Shown: positions 51,149 through 60,792, counted from the stretch's first letter. The stretch is DNA of 64,000 bases from Thermoplasmata archaeon (GCA_034667685.1 JAXDQU010000012.1:1-64000); one strand, 5' to 3'. A program made the numbers and translations. The notes: generated from the letters alone by a model not told the origin.

Positions 51149-51182
51149 GGGTTCATAGGGGCTCCCTCCCCTTTTTCGGCCA

Positions 51183-53123
51183 GTGGTCCCCCTCGACGCC
51201 GAGCTGAAGGCGCTGGCCGCGCTGGTGTCGCTGGCCTTCGCCTCCATCGTGCTGATCGTGCCCGGCCGGAGCGCGCGCAACCTCTGGCTCGCGGCGTTCC
51301 TCCTCCTCATCGCGGGCAACCAGGGCGCCGAGACGATGCGCGCCTTGGGCGGCCCCCACGTGGAGGCGTGGTACCGCCTCGCGGCGATCTGCGCGGCGAT
51401 CGACCCGCTCGCGCTCCTCATGTTCGTCTCGGCCGCGCTGGGCCCCGTCGCCCGGCCCTCGCGCCTCTTCCTGGGCTACGTCCTCCTCGCCAGCGGCGCC
51501 CTCGCGCTCTACGCGGGCTGGACGCTGCAGCTCAACCGCGCCACCAACGGCGACCCCGTGGCGTTCAGCCTGGCGGTCTCCGTCCACACGCTGCTCGTCT
51601 ACGGCTGGTGCCTCGTCGTCTCCGTGCGCCGCCTCCGCGAAGATCCGACCGCCCCGTGGGGGATCATGATCCCGGCCCTGGCCGTGGCGGTCATGCCGCG
51701 CGCGATCGACATGCTCAACGCCGTCTTCGCGATCGTCCTGCTGCCGCGGTTCGGCGGCGCGCACGATCCGCCGCCGTACTTCTACGGCCTGCTCGCGGCC
51801 AGCCTCGCCCTCATGGCGCTGATGGTGGGCCTCCTCGTCCGCGAGGCGCGCCGCGCGACGCACCCCGTCGCCAAGCGCCGGCTCGCGCAGGCCGCGCTGG
51901 CCGCGGGCCTCGTGCTTGCCCTCGTGAAGCTCCCCGGCGTCCTCCTGGGCACGCCGCTCATCGGCGAGAGCCCGCGCATCGATGCCGTGAACTCGTTCCT
52001 GGGCCGCTCGGGCGCCGCGGTGCGCTGGCTCGTGTTCGGCGCCTTCGCGTCGGCCATGGTCTTCACCGACGAGACGCCGCGCTTCTCGCCGGCGCAGCGC
52101 CGCCTCGCCTCGCGCGGTCTCCTGGTCATCGCGTTCATGACGTTCGCGGCCACGCTCCTCGTCGCCATCTTCGGCACGCTGGGCTACTCCGCCTCGACGC
52201 TCGCCGCGGCCGTCTTCGTGGCGCTCGCGGCGCTGGCGCTCTCGCAGGGGTTCCGCGGCCTCGTCGACGCGACGGCGCGCACGCTCTACGGCGTGCCGCG
52301 CCAGGGCGAGGCGGAGGCGCTGCCCGAGACGCGCGTCGGCCCCGGCGCCACGCTGGCCTCGCGCTACCGCGTCGTGCGCGCGCTCGGGGGCGGCGGATCG
52401 GGCGAGACGTTCCTGGCGTGGGACGAGCACCTGCGCCGCGAGGTGGCGCTCAAGGTCGTCCCCGCCTCGGGCCCCGCGGCGCTGCGCGAGGCGCGCATCG
52501 CGGGCGCGGTCCACCACCCCTTCGTCGTCGCGGTCCACGACGTGCTCCAGCGGCGCGCCTCCGTCGTGCTCGTCATGGAGTACGTCTCGGGCGGCTCGCT
52601 CGCCGACCGGATCGAGCGCGAAGGCCCGCTCCCGCTGGCGCAGGGCGCGGCGCTCCTCGACGAGATCGCGCAGGGCGTCAGCGCCGTGCACGCGCTGGGC
52701 GTCGTGCACCGCGACCTGACGCCCGCGAACATCCTGCTCACGCCGGAGGGCCGCCCCAAGATCGCGGACTTCGGCATCGCGGGCCGCGTCGGACGGCGCA
52801 CGCTCGTCCTGGGCGACACGCTCCTGCGGATGGGCACGCCCGGCTTCGTGGCGCCCGAGCAGGCGCGCGGCGAGACGCCCACCGCGGCCGCGGACGTGTA
52901 CGCGCTGGGCGTGATGCTGCGCGCGGCGGTGCGCGGCCCGCTCCCCGCGTCGCTGGAGGCCGTCGCCGCACGCGCCACGCTGCCCGATCCCGCGAAGCGC
53001 TGGCCCGACGCGAAGGCGTTCCTCGACGCGCTGCGGCTAGCGCTCCCAGTACACGAGCGCGCTGCGTCCGACGTGGACGACGTCGCCGTGCGCGAGCGGC
53101 GCGGGCCCCTCGATCCGCCGTAG
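51183..53123 (+). CDS. Multi-TM sensor fused to a Hanks-type Ser/Thr kinase
   Basis: About eleven TM segments; GGGGSG, VALK, HRDLTPAN, DFG, GTPGFVAPE, DVYALG. Confidence 0.9.
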   Translation: MVPLDAELKALAALVSLAFASIVLIVPGRSARNLWLAAFLLLIAGNQGAETMRALGGPHVEAWYRLAAICAAIDPLALLMFVSAALGPVARPSRLFLGYVLLASGALALYAGWTLQLNRATNGDPVAFSLAVSVHTLLVYGWCLVVSVRRLREDPTAPWGIMIPALAVAVMPRAIDMLNAVFAIVLLPRFGGAHDPPPYFYGLLAASLALMALMVGLLVREARRATHPVAKRRLAQAALAAGLVLALVKLPGVLLGTPLIGESPRIDAVNSFLGRSGAAVRWLVFGAFASAMVFTDETPRFSPAQRRLASRGLLVIAFMTFAATLLVAIFGTLGYSASTLAAAVFVALAALALSQGFRGLVDATARTLYGVPRQGEAEALPETRVGPGATLASRYRVVRALGGGGSGETFLAWDEHLRREVALKVVPASGPAALREARIAGAVHHPFVVAVHDVLQRRASVVLVMEYVSGGSLADRIEREGPLPLAQGAALLDEIAQGVSAVHALGVVHRDLTPANILLTPEGRPKIADFGIAGRVGRRTLVLGDTLLRMGTPGFVAPEQARGETPTAAADVYALGVMLRAAVRGPLPASLEAVAARATLPDPAKRWPDAKAFLDALRLALPVHERAASDVDDVAVRERRGPLDPP

Positions 53124-53732
53124 GTTGAGCCGCGTGCCGTTGCGGCTGCTGGGCACGTTCTCCAGCGTGAGGCGCCCCCGCGCGGCGCGCACGACGCTGT
53201 TCTCCATGCTCACGAACGGATCGTAGTCGAGCGAGATCGCCGCCTCGCGGCTGCGCCCCAGCGTCCAGGCCATCTCCTCGGGCGGATCGGGCGCGCGCAG
53301 CGGGAAGACGCGCTCCTCGTCGGCGCCCTTGAGCAGCACGAGGCGCGGCCCGCGCTGCTCGGGCTGGCCCGCGGCGTCGAGCGGCACGGTGCTCACGCGC
53401 GGCTCGACGATGCTGCGCGCCTGCGCCAGCTCGCGAAGCTCCTCGGAGAGCGAGAAGAACATCGGGTGGTTGAGGTGGTACTCCCGCGTCGGGCCCCCGG
53501 CGCGCAGCGCGTCGCGCGAGAGCGCCAAGCCCACGCGCTCCAGGCGATCGAGGTGCTCGCGCACGGTCTGCCGCGCCACGACGCGCTCCGCGTCCTTGCG
53601 GCTCCCCTGGATCTCGATCTCGCGCAGCGTGCGCGGCACGCGGATCTCGCGCAGGAGCGCCAGGCGCGGCAGGCTCCCGAGCGCGGCGAAGGTCGCGGCC
53701 AGCGTCTCGTCGTCGGGTCCGCCTTGCGGCAT
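53037..53732 (-). CDS. ArsR-like wHTH + FHA-domain regulator
   Basis: FAALGSLPRLALL, RQTVREHLDRL; FHA motifs LGR, DPFVS, SRNGT, LAHGDVVHVG. Confidence 0.85.
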   Translation of the reverse strand: MPQGGPDDETLAATFAALGSLPRLALLREIRVPRTLREIEIQGSRKDAERVVARQTVREHLDRLERVGLALSRDALRAGGPTREYHLNHPMFFSLSEELRELAQARSIVEPRVSTVPLDAAGQPEQRGPRLVLLKGADEERVFPLRAPDPPEEMAWTLGRSREAAISLDYDPFVSMENSVVRAARGRLTLENVPSSRNGTRLNLRRIEGPAPLAHGDVVHVGRSALVYWER

Positions 53733-53847
53733 GCGGCGGCAATCGCGCTGGCGCACTTGGGCCTTCTGCCCGGCAGGATCGTTCCTGCCTTCTGGGGATG
53801 CGGCCCTGGATGGGAAACGTGAAGCGAGCGCGCGCGGTGCCGCACGC

Positions 53848-55146
53848 GTGAAGGCCTTCGCCGTCGCTGCGCTCCTTCTCCTCGCCGCGGGCGCCCTCGC
53901 CGGGTGCACGCAGCAGGACCAGGCCACTCTCTCGAGCGCCGCCACCGCGCTGCATTCGGCGCTGACCAACACGTCCTTCGCCGGCGTCGAGCGCCCCAGC
54001 GACGCCTACTGCGGCAAGGACTCGCGCCCCGAAGGCGCAGGGTGCGTGCACGAGCCCGTCAAGGGTGACCCCAACTCGCGCGCCGACCCGCCCGGCCTCG
54101 TCGAGCTGCGCGGCTGGGTCCTCGGCACGCCCGTCTGCAAGGAGTCCGGCACGCATGGTTGCTTCGAGTACGGCGCCGAGATCCTCCTCGACACGAGCTG
54201 GGACTCGTCGCTGGATGCAGGCAGCGGCGTCACGCCCATCGACACGCCCGACAAGGTCGTCCACTTCCTGACGCCCGACGACGTGCTGATGTTCGGCCAG
54301 GGCTCCGCGGGCGGATCGCCCCAGGTCGACTCCGACGGCCTCTCCTTCGGCGGCTCGCAGGCGCTCGTGGTCCACGTCGAGATCGTCGGCTGGGCCGCGG
54401 ACCACGCCGGGAAGCCCAACGACCGCGCCAGCGCGCCCTCCGGCTGGACGGAGCAGACCGCGTTCGGCGAGGGCCCCGGCGTCTTCTGGGCCTACCCGCC
54501 CCAGCGCCTCTGGACGGGCTCGACCTTCGTCCCCTGGCAGCAGGACGCCTACGTGCGCCTCGTGGGCTTGGGATGGGAGGACGAGCCACACGTCTCCTGC
54601 AACCCCGACGGCGCGTTCGGCGCGGGCACCTGCTCGGGCGAGAGCAGCGGCACCTCGGGCGAGGCCGGCGACCGCAGCCGCATCAACTGCTGGTTCGGCC
54701 AGACCATGTGGGGCATCCCCGCGCCGAGCTCCACCTCGAAGCGCGGCTGGATGGAGCTTCACCCGCCTGACTACATGGTGCTCCTCGACGCGCAGAAGCC
54801 GCGCCCCAAGGACACGACGATGCAGTTCCAGACCTCGCTGGGCACGTTCCCCATCACCTTTGCGAAAGAGAACGCGATCCTCTCCATCTGCGCGGACGAC
54901 CAGCGCTCCGGCGACGACGCCTCCGCCACGCTGCTGATCCACCCCGGCCCGCGCCCGAGCGCCACGTCCCAGCTGGCCTGCGGCGCGCTGGAGAACGGCG
55001 ACTTCACCGTGCAGGCTTCGAAGAACGTGATCGTCACGGCGGAGACGTCGCCCATCCCGCACTGCCGCGTCGAGGCGCACATGAACGGCAGCAATTCGTT
55101 CAACGCGAAGCTCTTCGCGCTGTACGTCGCGCGCTGGGTGCCCTAG
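53848..55146 (+). CDS. Cys-rich hypothetical lipoprotein
   Basis: LAGC lipobox, HVEIV and WMELHPPD motifs. Confidence 0.8.
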   Translation: MKAFAVAALLLLAAGALAGCTQQDQATLSSAATALHSALTNTSFAGVERPSDAYCGKDSRPEGAGCVHEPVKGDPNSRADPPGLVELRGWVLGTPVCKESGTHGCFEYGAEILLDTSWDSSLDAGSGVTPIDTPDKVVHFLTPDDVLMFGQGSAGGSPQVDSDGLSFGGSQALVVHVEIVGWAADHAGKPNDRASAPSGWTEQTAFGEGPGVFWAYPPQRLWTGSTFVPWQQDAYVRLVGLGWEDEPHVSCNPDGAFGAGTCSGESSGTSGEAGDRSRINCWFGQTMWGIPAPSSTSKRGWMELHPPDYMVLLDAQKPRPKDTTMQFQTSLGTFPITFAKENAILSICADDQRSGDDASATLLIHPGPRPSATSQLACGALENGDFTVQASKNVIVTAETSPIPHCRVEAHMNGSNSFNAKLFALYVARWVP

Positions 55147-55170
55147 GGCGGCCGGCGTTCGCGCGGCGGC

Positions 55171-55272
55171 CTACGTGACGACCTCGGCCAGCCGCCCTTC
55201 CTGGGCCGCGCGCTTGATCTCCATCGCGATCCGGCGGCCCGTGCTCGTCGGCTGGCGCCAGAGCGCGTTCCC
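55171..55272 (-). pseudogene. Orphan diverged copy of the last 33 codons plus stop of purP
   Basis: GNALWRQPTSTGRRIAMEIKRAAQEGRLAEVVT* versus the gene end GNATWRRPMSTGRRIAMEIRRGAEEGRLAELVT*. Confidence 0.92.
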
Positions 55273-55306
55273 CGGCCGCGCCCGATGGGCGAAATCCCTC
55301 CACGCG

Positions 55307-56470
55307 CTACGTCACAAGCTCGGCGAGGCGGCCTTCTTCGGCCCCGCGGCGGATCTCCATCGCGATCCGGCGACCGGTCGACATCGGGCGCCGCCATGTC
55401 GCGTTCCCGTAGGGGTGGCCGACGCCGACGTGGACGTTCGTCCCGCCGCCGATCCTGGGCGCGACGTCGTAGATGTAGAACTTCATGTCCTTGTCCACGC
55501 ACGTCTGGAGGCAGAAGGGGCCGATGACGCCGGGCGCGTAGTGCTCCTTCGCGGCGGCGACGAACTTCTCGCCCAGCGCGAAGGCATCCTCGAGGAGCGA
55601 CTCGCGCACCGTGGCCGTGTTGTGGCCGACCACCGTCATCTCGGGGATCTTCTGCTTGCCCTGGAGCGTCAATTGCTGCGCGGCGGGCAGGCGCACGTGG
55701 CCGTCCAGGCTCGACTCGAAGCGCCAGTCGACGCCCAACAGCTCCAGGGGCTCCTCGCCGTGGCGCGCGGCGAGCGGGCTGTGGAAGAAGTTGAAGTTGA
55801 ACACGGGGCCGATGACGTAGCGCTCGATGCGCGCCTTGTCGAGCGACTCCTGGTCGATGACGCCCTGCGATAGCAATTCGCCGCTCTTCTCCTGGTATTC
55901 CTGGTATGACGCGGCGGTGAAGAAGCCGCGCTCCAGCTTCTTCTTGGCGTGGTGGAGCTTGACGATGACCAGCTCGTTGATATCACGCGGGTCGTTGATC
56001 TTCTCGGGGAAGGGGAGCCCGGCCTTCTCCAGGAGCCAGTAGTAGTCGCGCTGCTCGGTGCGCTCCTCGGTGCGCAGCATCCCGCGGTTGCCGAAGATCG
56101 GCACGCGCCACTTGTCCTCGACGTTGTCGATCCCGCAGTAGACGGTGAAGCTGCGGTTGGGCACCCAGATGGTGCTCCGGTCGAGCAGGTGCTGCTGGCG
56201 CGCGTCCTGCACGACGTCGCCGAAGCGCGGGAGCACCATGCACTCGTCGATGGCGCCGCGCAGGAGCTTGCCGTGCGCGTCGCGCTGCGCCTTGAAGTAG
56301 CGCGCGTAGGTCTTCTCGCGCCCCTGCTGCGCCACCACGAGCGTGCGGAAGCCCTCGTCCGCCGCGCCGTCCGCGACGTCCAGCGCGCTGTGGCTGCCGA
56401 TGGCGCCCACGGTGAGCTTGCGCGTATCGTACCGGGCCAACGCTTCCTGCACCGCGGCGCGGGGGATCAT
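55307..56470 (-). CDS. purP: PurP-family formate-dependent FAICAR synthetase
   Basis: GSHSALD, VPNRSF, FGNR, IGPFCLQ, DVAPRIGGGTN, GRRIAMEI. Confidence 0.92.
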   Translation of the reverse strand: MIPRAAVQEALARYDTRKLTVGAIGSHSALDVADGAADEGFRTLVVAQQGREKTYARYFKAQRDAHGKLLRGAIDECMVLPRFGDVVQDARQQHLLDRSTIWVPNRSFTVYCGIDNVEDKWRVPIFGNRGMLRTEERTEQRDYYWLLEKAGLPFPEKINDPRDINELVIVKLHHAKKKLERGFFTAASYQEYQEKSGELLSQGVIDQESLDKARIERYVIGPVFNFNFFHSPLAARHGEEPLELLGVDWRFESSLDGHVRLPAAQQLTLQGKQKIPEMTVVGHNTATVRESLLEDAFALGEKFVAAAKEHYAPGVIGPFCLQTCVDKDMKFYIYDVAPRIGGGTNVHVGVGHPYGNATWRRPMSTGRRIAMEIRRGAEEGRLAELVT

Positions 56471-56580
56471 CGGCCCTGCGAGGCGGCGGGCCGGAAAAAG
56501 CCTTCCTCGCCCCGGTCCCTGCCAGCGGACTCGATCCGGGCGCCGGGGACGGGGGCCGGACCGGGACGGTAACAACGTTC

Positions 56581-58278
56581 ATGATGCCGCGTCCTCTCCG
56601 TCGTAACGTGGGAGACTCGGGTCGGGGAGCGAAGATCTTCATGGCCGTCGTGGTGGCCGCGCCCGTCCTGTTCGGGTTCTGGGTGGGGCTGAAGACGTCG
56701 GAGCGCACGATCCCCGCGGACGCCCTGATCCCCGAGGGCCAGTTCGGCGCCGGCGTCGCCGTGCTGCGCACCGCCACCGACACCTACGTCGCAACCTTCG
56801 TCTACGCGCGGCTGCCCGACGTCGTGGTCGACTCCATCGTGCGCGACTACGGCGACCTGGCCAACCAGACCGTGGGGCCCGTGCCCAGCGTCCCCTCTGG
56901 GCCGCCGCAGGTGCCGCCCAACGCGCCCTGCCTGCAGAACTGCCCGCCGGGGCAGGCGCCCCCGCCCACTGGCGTCACCGCCCTCACGGGCGACCTGCGC
57001 AAGGCGCTCAACAGCACCCGCCTCTCCGCGCACGGCGCCTTCGCGGAGGTCTCCGACTTCCATTTCGTGGACCGCTCGCGCGAGGTGACCTACGTCGTGC
57101 TCGGACGCCTTCCCAACGCCTCGGTGCCCGACATCCGCCTCGACTCGCTCGGCTTGGGCGAGGTGGCGGAGAACCTCCTCCAGGCGTGCCGCGAGGCCAC
57201 CGCCCGGGCCGACCTCGCCGACGTGGAGTGCCCCGCCAACCCCACGACGCTGCGTCTCGATGCGACGCTGGACCCGAGCCTCGTGGACCGCTTTGGCGCG
57301 CTGCCTTCGGGGACGTCCTCCGTGTTCGGCCCGCTGGTCTGGGACACGCACCAGCCCCTCGCGCCGCTCCCTTCCGGCTTCTGGGGGAAGCTGGGCAAGT
57401 TCGCGTCCGGCGACCCCGTGCCCCTTTACCTCCCCACCAGCATCGCCCTCCTCGCGCTGGGCATGATCCTCCCGGCCTTGGCATGGAACACGGTGGCCGG
57501 CATCGCCTTCCGCACGGCGCCCATCCTCCCCATGCCCGTGCTGGGGTGCGCCACCGTGGTCGGCTCCCTCGTGGCGGTGCGCTACGACCTCGTCCCCTGG
57601 CTGGGCGTGGGCCTCCTCGTCCTCGCGCCGGCCGCGCTCTACGCCTGGGCGGCGTTCGTGTACGCGACGAAGGAGCTTCCGTGGGCGGACTACCACTCCG
57701 GCCCCTACGTGGCGCTGGGCCTCGTGCTCGTGGCGGCGTTCGTCGCCGTGCGCCTTGGGCAGGTGCCCTGGAACGTCACCATCATCGCCTTCCTCGCCTC
57801 GGGCCAGGCGTCCGCGAACGCGGCGCTCCTCGTCCGCCAGGCGGGGTTCGTCTTCATCGGGACGCTCGTCCTGGGCCTCCTCCTGGCCTTCGGGCCCATC
57901 GCGGGGGGCGCGCTGGTCGGGTCGGGCCATCTCTGGAGCGACCGGAGGAGGCGCCTCAAGGCGATGGAGCGACCGAAGGACTTCGCGAAGCTCTCGCGCC
58001 GCGAGCGCCGAAAGCTGGAGGCCGAGCACCTGGCCAAGGCCAGCGCCGAAGCCCTCTGGAGAGACACCGGCGCGGAGGAGCTGGGGGCCGCCGCCCGGAC
58101 CTTCATCGCCTGGCGGCTCTACGAGAGAAGCGAGAAGGACAAGAAGTTCCTGGAGCGCTACAAGCAGGCCGTTGCCAACCTGCGCGGCGAGACGTACGCT
58201 CCGGAGCCGTCCCTCCAGGAGCCGTTGCACAGCGTGCGCGTCCAGGTGGCGGATCAGGGCGGGCCCGAGGCCCGGTAG
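56581..58278 (+). CDS. Hypothetical membrane protein (extracellular domain plus about six TM)
   Basis: Long ORF, hydrophobic segments, native codons. Confidence 0.7.
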   Translation: MMPRPLRRNVGDSGRGAKIFMAVVVAAPVLFGFWVGLKTSERTIPADALIPEGQFGAGVAVLRTATDTYVATFVYARLPDVVVDSIVRDYGDLANQTVGPVPSVPSGPPQVPPNAPCLQNCPPGQAPPPTGVTALTGDLRKALNSTRLSAHGAFAEVSDFHFVDRSREVTYVVLGRLPNASVPDIRLDSLGLGEVAENLLQACREATARADLADVECPANPTTLRLDATLDPSLVDRFGALPSGTSSVFGPLVWDTHQPLAPLPSGFWGKLGKFASGDPVPLYLPTSIALLALGMILPALAWNTVAGIAFRTAPILPMPVLGCATVVGSLVAVRYDLVPWLGVGLLVLAPAALYAWAAFVYATKELPWADYHSGPYVALGLVLVAAFVAVRLGQVPWNVTIIAFLASGQASANAALLVRQAGFVFIGTLVLGLLLAFGPIAGGALVGSGHLWSDRRRRLKAMERPKDFAKLSRRERRKLEAEHLAKASAEALWRDTGAEELGAAARTFIAWRLYERSEKDKKFLERYKQAVANLRGETYAPEPSLQEPLHSVRVQVADQGGPEAR

Positions 58279-58487
58279 CCGGCCTGCTCCACGGCGGCCT
58301 GCATGTCCTCGATGCGCGCGGCCTTCGGGTCGTAGCTGACCGTGGCGCGGTGGAAGACGAGGTCGACGTTCGCGCTCGCGACGCCCGGCACGCTGCGCAG
58401 CGCGTCGCCGACGTGCTTCTGGCAGTTGGCGCACGTCATGCCCTGGATGCGCAGGACGACGGTCTCCTTCTGGCCGAAGAGGCCCAT
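58254..58487 (-). CDS. Heavy-metal-associated (CopZ-like) chaperone
   Basis: GMTCANC, VEQAGY. Confidence 0.92.
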   Translation of the reverse strand: MGLFGQKETVVLRIQGMTCANCQKHVGDALRSVPGVASANVDLVFHRATVSYDPKAARIEDMQAAVEQAGYRASGPP

Positions 58488-58521
58488 GGGCGGACCATCG
58501 TCGCGGCGCAGCTTGAAGCTG

Positions 58522-59355
58522 TCACCAGACGCGGCCCCAGTGCACGTCCAGGTCGTCGTGGAGCACCATCTCCAGCGCCTCGACGAGCGCCTCGGACTCC
58601 GCCTTCTGCCCCTTGGCGCGGATCTCCTCGACCGTCTCGCCGCGGCGCACCGGGAAGGCGCGCTGCGCCAGGATCGGGCCCTGGTCGAGGTCGGGCGTCA
58701 CGAAATGCGCGGTCGCGCCCGCCACGCGCACGCCGTGCTCCCACGCCTGGCGGTACGCCGACGCGCCCGGGAAGGCCGGCAGGAGGCTGGGGTGGACGTT
58801 CACGATGCGGTTGGGGTAGCGCCACACGAACGACGGGCTGAGGATGCGCATGAAGCGCGCCAGCACCAGGAGGTCGACCTCGGCCTTATCGAGGATCTTC
58901 AGCGCGCGCTGCTCGCCCAGCGCCGGCTTCGTCCAGGGCACGTGGTGGAACGGCAGCCCCCGCTGCGCGGCCAGCGGCGCCAGGTCCTTGCGGTTGGAGA
59001 GGACGAGCGTGGGCTCCATGCGCAGCCGGTCCGCGCCCACCGCGTCGAGCACCGCCTCCGGCGCGTGTGATTCCTTCGTCACGAGGAGCGCGACCTTGCG
59101 CTTCGCCTTCGGGTCGTGCACCTGCACGCGCACGTCCATGCCCAGCGACTTGCCCACCGCGGCGAGGTCGCGTCGGAGCGCCTTCTCGTCGAGCTTCGCG
59201 AAGCTGGCCTGCACGAGCATGTGGAACTCGCCGCGGCGCACGCGCTCCTCCAACGCCTCGATGTTCGCGCCCCGCTCGAAGAGGAAGCTCGTGAAGCGCG
59301 CCACGACGCCGGTCCGGTCGGCGCCCGTGACGGTGAGGTTGACGACGCGGGGCAC
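58522..59355 (-). CDS. purU: Formyltetrahydrofolate deformylase
   Basis: N-terminal ACT (GADRTGVV), LARFMRILS, NVHPSLLPAFPGA, GATAHFVT.DLDQGPI. Confidence 0.9.
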   Translation of the reverse strand: MPRVVNLTVTGADRTGVVARFTSFLFERGANIEALEERVRRGEFHMLVQASFAKLDEKALRRDLAAVGKSLGMDVRVQVHDPKAKRKVALLVTKESHAPEAVLDAVGADRLRMEPTLVLSNRKDLAPLAAQRGLPFHHVPWTKPALGEQRALKILDKAEVDLLVLARFMRILSPSFVWRYPNRIVNVHPSLLPAFPGASAYRQAWEHGVRVAGATAHFVTPDLDQGPILAQRAFPVRRGETVEEIRAKGQKAESEALVEALEMVLHDDLDVHWGRVW

Positions 59356-59409
59356 GGGCCGGCCGAGCGGGGTCGGCGCGCTTGACCCTTTGCGCGCGCA
59401 TGCTCGGCT

Positions 59410-59478
59410 CGTGGCGCTTCTTTCCCACACCGCGCATCCGAGGCATCCGCGGATTCCGGGATTCTCGGTGTCGGAAAG
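59410..59478. repeat. Inverted copy of the 36.5 kb palindrome core
   Basis: About 45 bp match with one mismatch. Confidence 0.85.
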
Positions 59479-59544
59479 GGAGCGGCCGGCCAACGAACCT
59501 GGATGGCCCGAACGGCTTTATGCGGGGCCGCGGTTGGCGGACCC

Positions 59545-59781
59545 GTGTCCAAGAAGCGCCCGCTGGACGTCCTGAACGCCAGCCTCAACAAGCGCGTGAT
59601 CGTCCACCTGCGCGGCAAGCGCGAGTACCGCGGGACGCTCGACGGCTACGACCACCCGCACCTCAACCTCGTGCTCAAGGGCGTCGAGGAGATCCACAAC
59701 GTGGGCACGCCCGAGGAGAAGACCGCGATGCGGGACCTCGTCATCGTCCGCGGCGACAACATCATCTACATCAGTCCGTAG
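59545..59781 (+). CDS. Lsm/SmAP RNA-binding protein
   Basis: [30 protein letters not shown]. Confidence 0.95.
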   Translation: MSKKRPLDVLNASLNKRVIVHLRGKREYRGTLDGYDHPHLNLVLKGVEEIHNVGTPEEKTAMRDLVIVRGDNIIYISP

Positions 59782-59845
59782 TCGCCGCGGATGGCCGCCG
59801 GGAGGCGCCGAAGGCGCCGGTCGCCGCAGCGACCCGGCGAGCATG

Positions 59846-59878
59846 CGCGGCGACAACATCATCTACATCTCGCCGTAG
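59846..59878 (+). pseudogene. Orphan copy of the last 10 codons plus stop of lsm
   Basis: Identical to 59749-59781 except the Ser codon (TCG vs AGT). Confidence 0.9.
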
Positions 59879-59884
59879 GCTCGC

Positions 59885-60211
59885 TCAGAGCCCGCGCCGG
59901 TAGACGTTGTCCATGAAGGCCTGCATGCGGTCGGACTCGCGGTCGATGCGCCGCATGCTCTCGAAGAGGAGCAGCACGACGAAGAGGACGACGACGTCGA
60001 CGAGCGTCGAGACCGTCCCGCCCACGATGCCCACGACGCGGAAGGCGTCCTGCTGACCGGTGGCGGCGAAGACCTGCTGAAGCACGAACGCGACGATGCG
60101 CGCCAGGACGAGCAGCGCGACGACGAGGCTGACGGCGCCGTGGCTTCCCCGCGCCTCGATCGCGCGCGCCACCGCTCGCTCGCCCAGCCGCCCGCTTGCC
60201 GTCGTGCCCAT
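59885..60211 (-). CDS. Small two-TM membrane protein
   Basis: Hydrophobic helices, native codons. Confidence 0.65.
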   Translation of the reverse strand: MGTTASGRLGERAVARAIEARGSHGAVSLVVALLVLARIVAFVLQQVFAATGQQDAFRVVGIVGGTVSTLVDVVVLFVVLLLFESMRRIDRESDRMQAFMDNVYRRGL

Positions 60212-60301
60212 GCCTGCTGCTCGGCCGCGCGGGCTCTTGGGTCGTCTCGCCGCGCCCTCGATGCGCGCAGGTTCAAGACGCGGCACGGCCGATGCGGAGG
60301 C

Positions 60302-60760
60302 GTGAGCAAGCGCGAGCAGGAGAAGAAGACGAGCCTCGACGCCCTCGCGCGCGTCGCGTACGCCGTCGGGGGCGGCAATCCCCACCCCGCGCCCCCGCCG
60401 AAGCCCAAGGCGAAAGCCCCTCAGCCTCGGCCTCAGCCTCAGCCCCAGCCTCGGCCCCTCGCGAAGCCCGCGGAGCCCGCGCTCGATCGGGCCCGCCGCG
60501 CGCAGCTCGCGGACCGCAAGGCGAAGCTCGAGGAGGAGCGCGCGCTGCGGGAGCGGCGCGAGCGCGAGCTGGCGGGCGGCTCGAACCTCGCGTGGCGCGG
60601 CGCGTGGACCGCGGGCAACCTGCCCGGCGTGCACCGCACCGCGTTCGACCGCGTCGAGCCCTCGCTGGCCGACAAGATCCACGGCGTGCTGGGCGACGCG
60701 AAGGAGAAGGACGGGCGCGCGAAGAATCGCGACAAGGGGCGCAGGCAGGGCGGGCGCTGA
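60302..60760 (+). CDS. Hypothetical basic protein with PQ repeat
   Basis: Native codons outside the CCTCAG run. Confidence 0.6.
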   Translation: MSKREQEKKTSLDALARVAYAVGGGNPHPAPPPKPKAKAPQPRPQPQPQPRPLAKPAEPALDRARRAQLADRKAKLEEERALRERRERELAGGSNLAWRGAWTAGNLPGVHRTAFDRVEPSLADKIHGVLGDAKEKDGRAKNRDKGRRQGGR

Positions 60761-60792
60761 GTTCAAGCCCCGGGCGCACGTCACCCGCGTTC

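Noticed and set aside
55171-55408. Diversity-generating retroelement TR/VR pair
   Set aside because: Differences are not confined to adenines, many are synonymous, and there is no reverse transcriptase in the window.
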